From positions 1,540 through 65,539 of IMG/VR virus record IMGVR_UViG_3300042991_000365: a stretch of DNA of 64,000 bases. One strand, 5' to 3'. This document shows positions 40,021 through 50,450 of the stretch, piece by piece. The notes beneath the pieces were generated by a model. It did no database searches and was not told the DNA's origin. It saw nothing but the letters and a program-made list of their open reading frames with translations. This DNA comes from a virus. Taxonomy: Duplodnaviria; Caudoviricetes. Numbering within the stretch: the first letter of the stretch is position 1; each line of letters begins with the position of its first letter. Both the position numbers and the translations under genes were made by a program.

Positions 40021-40305
40021 TCAATAACTAATGCTTCTATTTCTTTTTTCATATAATCTTTTTAATTTTAATTTCCTGTTCTCTTTTAAAGGTGAAAAAT
40101 CATTAACATTAAAACAGTGTCCAAGAGGAAAATCTTTAAGATAAATTATTGTTTTAGTTTTATCTGAACCATTATAATGATCAAAAGTATAATAAGATTT
40201 AATATTATTCAAATCTTTTATTCTATATTGTTCATAAAATAAATTATTATTTAAAACATTTAATGTTTTTCTTAAATATGCTATTCTATCACCAGATTTA
40301 AACAT
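40021..40305 (-). CDS. RxxKLxKI-tail family protein
   Basis: MFKSGDRI...NRKLKLKRL. Confidence 0.7.
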   Translation of the reverse strand: MFKSGDRIAYLRKTLNVLNNNLFYEQYRIKDLNNIKSYYTFDHYNGSDKTKTIIYLKDFPLGHCFNVNDFSPLKENRKLKLKRLYEKRNRSISY

Positions 40306-40508
40306 TTTATTTTTTCTTTTCTTTCTTTTAATTTACGATATTCTTGAAGTATTTTATCATCAACTAATATGCAATTGTTACATTTTAAGCCGACACACTC
40401 AGCATTTTTACAAGATTTTCCATAAAATTCAGTTATAAAAAACTTAGGTATAATTAAACCTTTATATCTTTGATTATTTTCATAACATTTCGGAATATAA
40501 TTATTCAT
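40281..40508 (-). CDS. RxxKLxKI-tail family protein
   Basis: ERKEKIKCL. Confidence 0.65.
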   Translation of the reverse strand: MNNYIPKCYENNQRYKGLIIPKFFITEFYGKSCKNAECVGLKCNNCILVDDKILQEYRKLKERKEKIKCLNLVIE

Positions 40509-41405
40509 ATAATTTATTTTCTATCATATAATCAAATACATTTTCATCAATAAAAGGCAAAAGTTTGGCTTTTACAATCATTTTTACTTCAGGTGGCAAT
40601 TTATTATATCCGTATATTTTTTCTCTAATTTCTGTAGATGAAATTTCTGGTATATTATTTTCATAATTTAAGAAAATATGAGGTTTTTGTAAATACCAAT
40701 TAACATTTATATCTCTTTCAATACCACTTCTTGGCACAATTACAAATTGTGCTAAACTTTCTAACTCTTGATAATTAACCCATTTATTAAATGTGTTGGC
40801 ATTATCTAAACCAATTATCATTGCAAATTGATATTTTTCTGTAAGTTCTTTTTCTTCTTTCAATCTTTTGAAAAAATAATAAGTTTCGCCTTTTAATTGA
40901 TTTTTAATTTCATAATCAAAAACCTTAATTCTATTATCCACTTTTGCAGCAATTTTACACATTTCTAATCTGTGTTCAGCACTAACCATATTCTTATTAT
41001 ACATATGATTATATGCTGGCATTAACCACACTTCATCAAATTGACCAGATGTATTTAATACAAACTGTGCTAATTGAATATGACCCTTGTGAATTGGATT
41101 TCCAGCTAATCCCAATATAGCAACCTTTGTTTTACGACCTAATGTTTTATATTGGTCTGCTCTCTTATCAATTTTTTTAAGAGTGTCCAAAATTAAATCT
41201 TCATAATTCCAACCACTTTCAGAACAAAGTTCTATTAAACTATATAACAAATCACCAGTTTCCTCTTTGATATTTTGAATGTCTTGCCATTTCATTAATT
41301 CAAAAAATTCACTTTGTATATCTAAAAATCTTTCTCTAAAGATGTATATCCGAAATGTTCTTTAAATTTATCATCAACTAACTTCTGTAATTCTTTTGTT
41401 TTCAT
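40501..41405 (-). CDS. nadD: MazG-like / NadD nucleotide adenylyltransferase fusion, frameshift near 41337
   Basis: NPIHKGH, HRLEM, IIGLDN, ISSTEIR; EETGDLL MazG-like motif; upstream ATG 41405 joins with +1 nt. Confidence 0.8.
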
Positions 41406-41454
41406 ATTTTTTTTTATTAAACATTACAAATATAATATTTTTCTACCAATTATA

Positions 41455-42336
41455 CTATTTTTTAGTAAAAAATTCAGATAACCATTTATTTATTCTAGAC
41501 ACTTTATATGAATATGGCGATTTTATACTAAACTCGCCTCTACCATTATATTTTAGAGATTCTTCTTTACATTTTTCTTTTGTCCAATAATCTCTTAAAA
41601 TTTTTTTATCACCCATATGTTCACACAATTCATCTAACCAGCCATTATTTAATGCTGAAGTATAAGCAGATTTACAATTTTTACAAAAATTAAATCTTGT
41701 ATTATATTTTAACGCTTCATTTTTACAATTTTCTTTTGTCCAATTATTTCTATTATTCATATGTTTACACACATCATCTAACCAATTATTTAATAAACTT
41801 GATCTATATGCACCAGCAGATTTTTTACAAAAATCATTTCTCGTATTATATTTTAGAGCTTCTATTTCACAGTTTTCTTTAGTCCATTTTTTTGTGTGTC
41901 CACCTAAACTTCCTGTTTTTGATTTATTTAAAATGTTCCAATTATTTTTTTTATATTCCAAAACATAATCATGTTCCAATTTTATAGCATTATCTACATC
42001 AATATAATTAGTTAATTGCTTTAATATATAATTTGAATTTTTTTCAATGTGTTTATAAACCGTTCCTTTTTTAAGATGTCTTTGATTTCTTTTATAAATA
42101 TTTGATGTTAATCCAACATAAGAGTAATTATCTGAAAATTCATAAACATAAATACACCTTTTATATTTATTTCCAACAGCAACCATATGATTACATATAT
42201 CATCTAAACATTTATATCTATTTTTAGCAGCACTATATGCACCCATAGAACATTTACTAAATTCTGTTCTTGATTTATATTTTAATGCTTCGTTTTTACA
42301 ATTTTCCTTTGTCCAATAATTATTTGGTTTTCTCAT
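41455..42336 (-). CDS. GIY-YIG endonuclease with WTKENC repeats
   Basis: CIYVYEF..YVGLT..R; four WTKExCxxExLKY repeats. Confidence 0.8.
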   Translation of the reverse strand: MRKPNNYWTKENCKNEALKYKSRTEFSKCSMGAYSAAKNRYKCLDDICNHMVAVGNKYKRCIYVYEFSDNYSYVGLTSNIYKRNQRHLKKGTVYKHIEKNSNYILKQLTNYIDVDNAIKLEHDYVLEYKKNNWNILNKSKTGSLGGHTKKWTKENCEIEALKYNTRNDFCKKSAGAYRSSLLNNWLDDVCKHMNNRNNWTKENCKNEALKYNTRFNFCKNCKSAYTSALNNGWLDELCEHMGDKKILRDYWTKEKCKEESLKYNGRGEFSIKSPYSYKVSRINKWLSEFFTKK

Positions 42337-42444
42337 TTTTATTTTTATATCTATATATAAAAATATCATATCGTAAAGTGGAGTGTGACCAATTAATTAA
42401 TTTACAAATTACTAATATTTTTTAATTATTTATTATAAAAATTT

Positions 42445-42726
42445 TCAATAAAGATTTTCCGAAATTAATATAGAATCATCACCATTATCTGAAACTTCTA
42501 ATCCAAATCTAATTTGATTATTTGCTTTTGCAATTTTCCAAGCTTCTTTTCTATCAACAAACCTATTTAATGAAGTTAAAAATCCTTGCATATTTCTATC
42601 AGGTTCTTCATCTTCTGTTATATCAGGTTTTAATTGTCTTAAAATATCATAGCAATCACCATGTCTATGACCACATATAATAGTATCTTTAAAATTAATA
42701 GCAGCGCATAATATTATTTCATTCAT
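42445..42726 (-). CDS. conserved phage hypothetical protein
   Basis: CAAI, GHRH, QGFLTS.NRFVDRKEA, SENLY. Confidence 0.75.
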   Translation of the reverse strand: MNEIILCAAINFKDTIICGHRHGDCYDILRQLKPDITEDEEPDRNMQGFLTSLNRFVDRKEAWKIAKANNQIRFGLEVSDNGDDSILISENLY

Positions 42727-43230
42727 TGTTTAAAATTTTATTTAGTTTTTCTTTTCTCAATTCTTTTAAACTTTCCTCGCTTTCTAACCATTCAATATCA
42801 GAGGTTTTTTTAATTGAACAAAATCTCTTAATTTGTGATTCTTTAATCCAAGGATATTCAGTAACTTGATAACCTGCTATTACTTCCACATCTGTTAATT
42901 CTATTTTTGACATACCGTTAGTATATATATCAATTTCTTTAACATATATTATATAATTATATTGTTCACCTTTTTTACCAGTTGCTTTATCTTCATCACT
43001 TAATAAATTAACTAAACCATTATAAAAACCATACCTATTTGTTTTAAAAATGTCCTTTAAGTCTTTAATTTTTTTATTTAGTACAATTTTTTCATTATCT
43101 AATGATTCAATTTTTGAACTTAATTTGTTTATTTTTAATTTATAATTTTTTTATCAACTAAAAATAATGTGATAAAAAATACACTCAAAGAAAAAAATAC
43201 CAAACTACTAATTATTAATAAAGTTTCCAT
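42719..43230 (-). pseudogene. frameshifted paralog of 2674..3183
   Basis: TM start METLLII; one A short in the A7 run near 43150; ends DIEWLESE..LRKEKLNKIL. Confidence 0.72.
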
Positions 43231-43530
43231 TTTTAATATTATTTAATTTTTTTAATCTAGTTTCTTTTATAATTAATTTTACACATTCTTTTGATCCAAC
43301 TTCTTTTTTTTTTTCTATTGTATAACAACCGTTACGTATTAAACGTTTTGTGTTTTTTTTATCCCAAGCTTCATCATATTTGTAAATTTCGTATAAATCA
43401 TAATCCCTATTTCGCTCTCTTATAGAATAATATCTTCCTATAATATGTTCAATGTGACTACCATATGGTTTCATATATTTTCTGAAATCTTTTACACTTT
43501 TTACACTTGTTATACTATTTATATGACACG
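43208..43530 (-). pseudogene. 3' part of gene interrupted by IS605
   Basis: Joins in frame to ATGAAAACAA at 45302-45311 on removing the element. Confidence 0.75.
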
Positions 43531-43585
43531 TCAAAGAAAACACAGAAGTCTTTAGCTTCTGTGATGAATTTGACAAAAAACAATT

Positions 43586-43999
43586 CTAACCTTGAGAAAG
43601 AATATATTGTTTAATAGTGTTTGGATTGGCTTCTCCAATAGAACAAACAAAATAACCATCTGACCAAAAAGTTTTTTCAACCCAAAATTGAGTATGTAAA
43701 TAATTCCTATGTTGAGAACGCCATATATGATAGGTGCTTTCCTGTTTTAGTTTTCTAACAATAGATGTAATAGACAAACGAGGAATATATCTAATAAGAA
43801 AATGAATATGGTCAATATCAGATTCCATAACTTCTATTTCAAAATCACTTTTAGAAGCAATGTTTAACAATAATTGTTTCATATCATCTTTTAATTGACC
43901 AACAAGTAATTTCTTTCTGTATTTACATACAAAGATTAAATGACATTTTAAATAATGTTTTGAACGATTTGTTGAACGATAATTAGATTTTTTAGACAT
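43586..43999 (-). CDS. tnpA: IS200/IS605 Y1 transposase
   Basis: HLIFVCKYR, DHIH, FWSDGYF, YI..Q. Confidence 0.95.
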   Translation of the reverse strand: MSKKSNYRSTNRSKHYLKCHLIFVCKYRKKLLVGQLKDDMKQLLLNIASKSDFEIEVMESDIDHIHFLIRYIPRLSITSIVRKLKQESTYHIWRSQHRNYLHTQFWVEKTFWSDGYFVCSIGEANPNTIKQYILSQG

Positions 44000-44103
44000 A
44001 GTAAGTAAATTATTTTGTGAATACTTTTCACAAACAACAAAGTATTTACAAAATAATTTACGATTTAGTAAAAAATGACTTTTAAAGTTTAATATATAAT
44101 AAT

Positions 44104-45279
44104 ATGAAAGTCATTAATAAGGTATATAAATTTAGAATTTACCCAAATAAAGAACAAGAAATATTGTTATCTAAACATTTTGGTTGTTCAAGATTTGTAT
44201 ATAATTACTTTTTAAATGAAAGAAAAGAACAATATCAAAAAGATAATAAATCAGATAATTACTATAAACAAGCAAAATCTTTAACTGAATTAAAGAAACA
44301 AGAAGAATACAATTGGTTAAAAGAAGTTAATAGTCAAACAATCCAATTTGCTTTAAGAAATTTAGACACCGCTTATGATAGATTTTTCAGGAAAATAGCA
44401 CAATTTCCCAAATTCAAATCAAGAAAACACAAAAATACTTTTACTATACCTCAATTTGGTAGATTAGAAGAAAATAAAATATTCATTCCTAAATTTAAAG
44501 AAGATATCAAAGTTAAATTAGATAAACGTGAAATCAAAGGTAAGATTGGTAAAATGAATATTACTAAAACAACAACTGGTAAATATTATGTATCAGTTTT
44601 TACTGAACAAGAAATTGAACAATTACCAAAAACAAATAAACAATGTGGCATAGATTTAGGATTAAAAGATTTTGTAATAACATCTGATGGAATAAAATAC
44701 AAAAACAATAGATATACAAAAAAATATTCAAGAGAATTAAAAAAAGCACAACAACATCTTTCTCGTAAAGAAAAAGGTAGCAATGGGTTTGAAAAACAAA
44801 AACTTAAAGTTGCCAAAATTCATGAGAAAATATCAAGTTGTAGATTAGATACCTTACATAAAGTTAGTAAAGAACTTGTTGAAAATTATGATTTAATAAG
44901 TATTGAGGATTTGAATGTAAAAGGTATGATTAAAAATCATAAATTATCTAAACATGTTGCAGATGCAAGTTGGGGGAATTTTGTTAACCTACTTACTTAC
45001 AAATGTGATTGGTATGGTAAAGAACTTGTTAAAATTGGTAGGTTCTATCCATCAAGTAAAACTTGTAATAGTTGTGGTTGGATAAATCAAAATTTAAAAC
45101 TTTCAGATAGAAAATGGACTTGTAAATGTGGTGAAACGCATGATAGAGATTTAAACGCAAGTAAAAACATTTTAAAAGAAGGTTTAAAAATATATGGTAA
45201 GGAACTTGCCATTACAAAGGTGGAGAGTAAATTAGACTTTGGAAACAAAGCACACTCTATGAAACCCGAAACACATTAG
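44104..45279 (+). CDS. tnpB: TnpB RNA-guided endonuclease
   Basis: YKFRIYP, GIDLG, IEDL, CNSCG..CKCG, DRDLNA. Confidence 0.95.
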   Translation: MKVINKVYKFRIYPNKEQEILLSKHFGCSRFVYNYFLNERKEQYQKDNKSDNYYKQAKSLTELKKQEEYNWLKEVNSQTIQFALRNLDTAYDRFFRKIAQFPKFKSRKHKNTFTIPQFGRLEENKIFIPKFKEDIKVKLDKREIKGKIGKMNITKTTTGKYYVSVFTEQEIEQLPKTNKQCGIDLGLKDFVITSDGIKYKNNRYTKKYSRELKKAQQHLSRKEKGSNGFEKQKLKVAKIHEKISSCRLDTLHKVSKELVENYDLISIEDLNVKGMIKNHKLSKHVADASWGNFVNLLTYKCDWYGKELVKIGRFYPSSKTCNSCGWINQNLKLSDRKWTCKCGETHDRDLNASKNILKEGLKIYGKELAITKVESKLDFGNKAHSMKPETH

Positions 45280-45282
45280 TCT

Positions 45283-45489
45283 TTAGCTAATGTGTAGTTC
45301 ATTGTTTTCATTAATTTTTTGTAATTTTTCTTTTCTTTCTTCTTTTAAATACCAACTATAAATACCGTAATATTTAAGATTTTTTATATAATCATCATTT
45401 GTAAATTTATTACCAAAAATATGAGTTTCATCATACATATCTTCTAATATCCTACAATAAATTATATAATTATCATGATTTATATTCAT
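45283..45489 (-). CDS. RxxKLxKI-tail family protein
   Basis: ERKEKLQKIN; last codons supplied by IS end. Confidence 0.7.
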   Translation of the reverse strand: MNINHDNYIIYCRILEDMYDETHIFGNKFTNDDYIKNLKYYGIYSWYLKEERKEKLQKINENNELHIS

Positions 45490-45723
45490 ATAATATTATA
45501 GAAGAGAAATTATCTTTTTTTACCATATTTAAGTTCAGCTAACCTTTCTTTGATTAGTTCTTCTGAATTTTGATAATCTTTCTTTTTTACCTCTTTGCTA
45601 TTAAATAGCTCCCTAAAAAATTTCTTAATATTCATAATTTTATTCTTTTTAATTAATATACAAATATAATATTTTTTTTTATATAAAAAAAATTATAATA
45701 ATAATTTATAATATATACATTAT

Positions 45724-46145
45724 ATGAAACATTTAAAAAAGTTTGAAAAATATGTAGAATTAGATAAATTGATAGATTTATCTAAATATATGATGTATCA
45801 CAAAGCATTAACATTTAATGATGTTGATACAGCAGAAGAAATATTAGATGAACTCAATCCAAAGTCCCAAAAAAGGTTAGGTAGGCAAGTTAAAAATTTT
45901 GATCCTAAAGTATGGGATAAAGTTAAATTCAATATAGTTAAAAAAGGATTAAGAGAAAAATTCACACAAAACTCTGATTTAAAAAATATTTATTAAAATA
46001 TAAAGGATATCAAATTGTAGAAGCCTCACCAGAAGATAGGATTTGGGGTATTGACTATTACGCTCAAGATGCAATTAATAATATTGATAATTGGGGTGAA
46101 AATATATTAGGTAAAATATTAACAGAACTTTCACAGGAAAATTAA
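45724..46145 (+). CDS. NADAR-family protein with tag N-terminus, frameshift near 45985
   Basis: MKHLKKFE; YMMYHKA, LGRQVKNFD, KFTQN; other frame VEASPEDRIWG, GENILG. Confidence 0.85.
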
Positions 46146-46149
46146 ATAA

Positions 46150-46428
46150 ATGGTAACAAAAGGAGAAGAATTAAATGCTGTATGTAAAGAAGGATTACCA
46201 GGTCATAGATGCCCGTTGCTTATATTAGGTGACACTTATTTATTTAGGATAGATAAATTTAAATATAAATTTTCTATTTTTAATCATAGAAGGATTATTG
46301 TTTTTTGGATGGATAATGGTACACGTGGTACTTATTTTGATAGTGATACTTTTAAATATAAATTCCACCCTAAAGAAACATTAGAAAATTTTTTATTAAG
46401 ATTAGAATCTGAAAAATATAATTTGTGA
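46150..46428 (+). CDS. KYNI-tail family protein (tail only)
   Basis: Ends SEKYNL. Confidence 0.75.
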   Translation: MVTKGEELNAVCKEGLPGHRCPLLILGDTYLFRIDKFKYKFSIFNHRRIIVFWMDNGTRGTYFDSDTFKYKFHPKETLENFLLRLESEKYNL

Positions 46429-46445
46429 ATTTAATAAGAAATAAA

Positions 46446-46583
46446 ATGAATGAGATTTATGAGCCAAAAAAACAAATTAGCTATCTACCAGATTGGCTAT
46501 TAGAAAAAGTTTTACATAAACATCCAGATCACGAATTTATTAGAAAAGAACTTAGAAAACGCAAATTAAAAAATATAAATTAA
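46446..46583 (+). CDS. small RxxKLxKI-tail protein (below cutoff)
   Basis: Hand translation ends LRKRKLKNIN. Confidence 0.55.
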   Translation: MNEIYEPKKQISYLPDWLLEKVLHKHPDHEFIRKELRKRKLKNIN

Positions 46584-46594
46584 AAATTAAAATT

Positions 46595-47155
46595 ATGAAA
46601 ATAGAAACTATTGATTGCGTAATTGCAATAACAAAATTTTTCTTAGAAAAGGAACCAAATAATATTCCTTTACTAACAGCACCATTATGGAAAAGAGTTT
46701 CAAAAAGTGGAACAGGTAATAATATAGTAAGGACATTTGAAAACAAAAAGACTGGAAATATTGTTAATGTTACTTCTTCTGAAACACAAATCTTTAACAT
46801 ATCTGTTGGACCTGCTCAAACTATGACTATAAAATCATATATTAAGCAAAAATATGAAGAACATGGTGATTTTGATGATCTTCATTATGAAATTTTAGGT
46901 GAGGATAATGTGAAAAAATGGCCTCAGGTATTAGAAGATCCAGATGATAAATCTTCCAAAGAACCTCTTGATATGGAAAATTTTGAATGGATTTCAATTG
47001 ATGATGATGAACTTGTTATTTCTTGTGGTGGTGATTGGCAAGAACCTTTGACACTAACAATTAAATTGATAAAGGGTCAATTAACTGTCACACATAAAGA
47101 AGATGGATTCGAAGATGGAATGGGAGAACAATATTTTATTAACAGTTTAAAATAA
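46595..47155 (+). CDS. hypothetical protein
   Basis: 186 aa ORF; WKR.SK N-terminal part, GGDWQ motif. Confidence 0.8.
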   Translation: MKIETIDCVIAITKFFLEKEPNNIPLLTAPLWKRVSKSGTGNNIVRTFENKKTGNIVNVTSSETQIFNISVGPAQTMTIKSYIKQKYEEHGDFDDLHYEILGEDNVKKWPQVLEDPDDKSSKEPLDMENFEWISIDDDELVISCGGDWQEPLTLTIKLIKGQLTVTHKEDGFEDGMGEQYFINSLK

Positions 47156-47161
47156 TTATAA

Positions 47162-48235
47162 ATGTCAACAAAATACGAAAAATTAATTATCAATCCAATT
47201 CTTAAAGTAATTGAGAAAAATCAAGATTACTTATGTAAACCAGAAAACCTTACACAATTAGCTAAATTGGGTTATATGTTTGATAATCTATGGTATGCTG
47301 GACGTGTATGTTATGGCTATTATGGTGCAATAAAAAAAGGAAATTCATGTGAAAATAATCCCAAATATGAAATTGGTGATAATATCAAATATAATTCAGA
47401 AGAGAATGAAAATTTGATTTATGATGCATGGGGTATGCATGTGACCAATGAAGGACATGATATTGATTATGAAACATTCAAAAAACTTATACTCGAAGGA
47501 AGAAAACTTTCAGATTTTGAAATACAATTAAGAAAACCAAATAAAACTTTCGATGATTGGGTTGATATTATGACTAATAAACAATACAAATATAAAAGTT
47601 TGTTTCCTGATAGACGTTCAGTAGCAAATTATTTACTTTGTACAATTGGTACTGGTTATGGTTATAACTCTATAACTGGTGTGGTAATTAAAGAAGCTAG
47701 TGGAGCAGATCAAGATCAAGATTTATATGGACAATGGGAAAATGCAGTTTTTGAACCATCTATTTTAAAAGTTGTCAATCAAATTCTTGATGTTCCTGAA
47801 TGTAAAATTGCACTTGATACATATTCTAATATTGTTATTAAAAATAGGCAAGAAAGAAAGAAAAAGGAAAATGAAGATAGATTTAAATTTTTTGGCTATT
47901 TACTTCCTATTATTAATGAAAAAAGAGCTAAATTAGGTAAAACACCAGTTTCAATTGATGATGAAGATTTTTATGATCATATAGATAATTCTCTAAATAG
48001 GAAAACCATAATTCAACTACCATTTGAGTATTATCCAATCTGTAATTATTCTATTATTATGCAACTTAATGAAAATTCACATCCATCTTATATACAAGCT
48101 GCTTTAGAAGTTTGTGAAGATATAGTTGCTAACCCACCAGAAATCAAGAAAAATTTTAATCAATTTCAAATTGATCAAAGAAATGAAGGAGTTAATTTTT
48201 GTGAAAACTTTATTAAAAAATTTAAAAAAATATAA
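47162..48235 (+). CDS. hypothetical protein
   Basis: 357 aa ORF. Confidence 0.85.
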   Translation: MSTKYEKLIINPILKVIEKNQDYLCKPENLTQLAKLGYMFDNLWYAGRVCYGYYGAIKKGNSCENNPKYEIGDNIKYNSEENENLIYDAWGMHVTNEGHDIDYETFKKLILEGRKLSDFEIQLRKPNKTFDDWVDIMTNKQYKYKSLFPDRRSVANYLLCTIGTGYGYNSITGVVIKEASGADQDQDLYGQWENAVFEPSILKVVNQILDVPECKIALDTYSNIVIKNRQERKKKENEDRFKFFGYLLPIINEKRAKLGKTPVSIDDEDFYDHIDNSLNRKTIIQLPFEYYPICNYSIIMQLNENSHPSYIQAALEVCEDIVANPPEIKKNFNQFQIDQRNEGVNFCENFIKKFKKI

Positions 48236-48236
48236 C

Positions 48237-50450
48237 ATGAAAACATTAGAAAAAAACGACATTAAAGCCAAATTAACAGAAATGGCTGAAATGAGTGAAA
48301 AACTCAAAAATTTACAAAACCAATTAGAAGTTGACTATTTTGGTGAAGATAGTGAAACTATTGATGATTTGGAATTGGACGAAAGAGTAAATAATTTTTA
48401 CGATTTCATTAATAGTGATTTTGAATTACACAGTTTATTGGAACAAATCAGATTAAATTTAGATGCATTAGTATGAGAAAATTAACACCTGAAGATATTG
48501 AAATTGTTAATTTTATAGTTAAAAAAGAAGCCAGAAAAGAAGCTATTGAAATACTTGAAAAATGTCCAATTAGAAATTATAATGAATTTATGAATTATCA
48601 TAATATGGACAAAGACAATGTTTGTTGTTTGGTTTTAGATTTTACTAAAGATGAATTGGTAAAATGTAACGAAATGAAGCAAAATAAAAAGGATTTTTTT
48701 GGTAATGTTTTTTAAAAATAAAAATATGGAAAGTACAGGTCCAGGTCACTATTGTTATGGTTGTAAAGAATTTTTTCACGATTCAAATATGTACGTACAT
48801 ACACACAAAGGTTGTAAAGGACAAAAAAGTTTAGGCATTTGTGTAGATAGTAAAGAATTTGGAAAATATCATCCATACAATTTGGAAAATAAAAGCAATT
48901 GGGATTTAATTCAAATTATACAAGAATTATCTGAAGATGTAAAAAAACTTTCTAAAAACATAGAAAAACATGGTAAATCTAATGATTATTTGATATAAAA
49001 TTAATACATATGAAAAGTGCAGAAGACTTACTCAAAGAAAAAGGTATTACAGAAAGATCTAAATTTCATAATTATAATTACTTATATAAAACTTTTGTAG
49101 AAATTATTAATAAATTACAAAAAGAAAATGAGAACAAAAATGATTAAATCTTTTGTGATAATAATAATAGTTCTAATTATAATACTTGGTAATTTTACAA
49201 TTACATATTATACTAATAATAAGAACGAATATAAATTAGAATATAATGGTTTATTATGGGTAACACTAGATTATTGGACTATCAAAAAATATAAAAGTTC
49301 CGATACACCTATGAAATTAATTAAATTTTCACGAAATTTAAAAGGAAATGATAAATATAAAATTGTATAATATTAAATAAAAATGAATAAATTAGAATGG
49401 TGGGGATATAAACACACATCAGGTAACTATATACCTAAAAGATATTTTAGTAAACTTGATATTGAAGAAGCACAAGAAAGTCCTTTTTGTGAAATTGCAG
49501 TTGGTCCATTTTTAGCTGAAAATTGGGAAGATGCTTTAAAACAATTAAAAAAATTAATTGATGAATTATGAAATATAAAAAACTTTTAAAAATCCATCAG
49601 AAAGCAAAAAGAATTGTAGATTCTGATTTAGAATGGGATGATAAATTTGATAAAATATTTTCTAGAAAAATAGCTAGAAAAGTAAAATTTGAATGGTATG
49701 ATCCAGACACATCATATCAAGAAGATGTGGAAGCTTTTATGAGAGAATTTGATGAATATATGAAAAAACAGGAAATTATATCAAAGCAAATTAATATAGA
49801 TTAAAATAAAATATTAACTTTGTATAAAAATTAAAAAATAAAATTATGAAAAATTTATTACTATTATTAGTTATTCTGATAGTTTCATCATGTGGTTATA
49901 CAACGCCAAAAATTGGTAGTGAAACAGAGCCATTTATTGTTATAGAAATACAACATTATAATGAAAAACAATCTAGATATATTGGTAGTCCTAATGCAGA
50001 TGATAATGAAATTTCTGTTTTTTGTCCTGCTATAATTTTACCAACAGGAATGTTTAATATGGGTGATACAATATTGCCACAAGATTTTATAAAATGAAAT
50101 TAATTAAGAAAATATTTTATTATTTTTGGGAAGAAACAACAGTAAAAGTTGGTAATTCCGCTTTTGAAATGGGTGGATTTATTATATCATTGGGAATTAC
50201 TATATTTATTTTATGGTCATTAGGATTACTTGATAAATAAAAATATTATATGGAAAAAATTAAAAAACTTTGGTTACAATATAAAAATTCTATAAAGTGG
50301 GAAGTTACACTATTCTGGTATATTATATTTAATTTGGGTGTTCTTATTTCAGAACCTAAATTTTATAAATTTATAGCAATATTTATATTTTTCATATACT
50401 TAACACTATATGTTTGGTTTAAAAAACATTATATGGATAAATATGAATAA
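48237..50450 (+). other. run of about ten short co-oriented hypothetical ORFs incl. lipoprotein 49846..50097
   Basis: Tightly packed ORFs; no recognisable domains. Confidence 0.65.

Larger units (their letters stand above)
43531..45301 (+). mobile_element. IS605-group element, divergent tnpA/tnpB
   Basis: Subterminal hairpins CACAGAAG-TCTTTAG-CTTCTGTG and CACATTAG-TCTTTAG-CTAATGTG; ends TTCA; boundary ambiguous by 1 nt. Confidence 0.9.

Noticed and set aside
43531-45301. IStron (intron-associated IS) that would splice out of the interrupted gene
   Set aside because: No room for a group I intron core between the ends and the ORFs.
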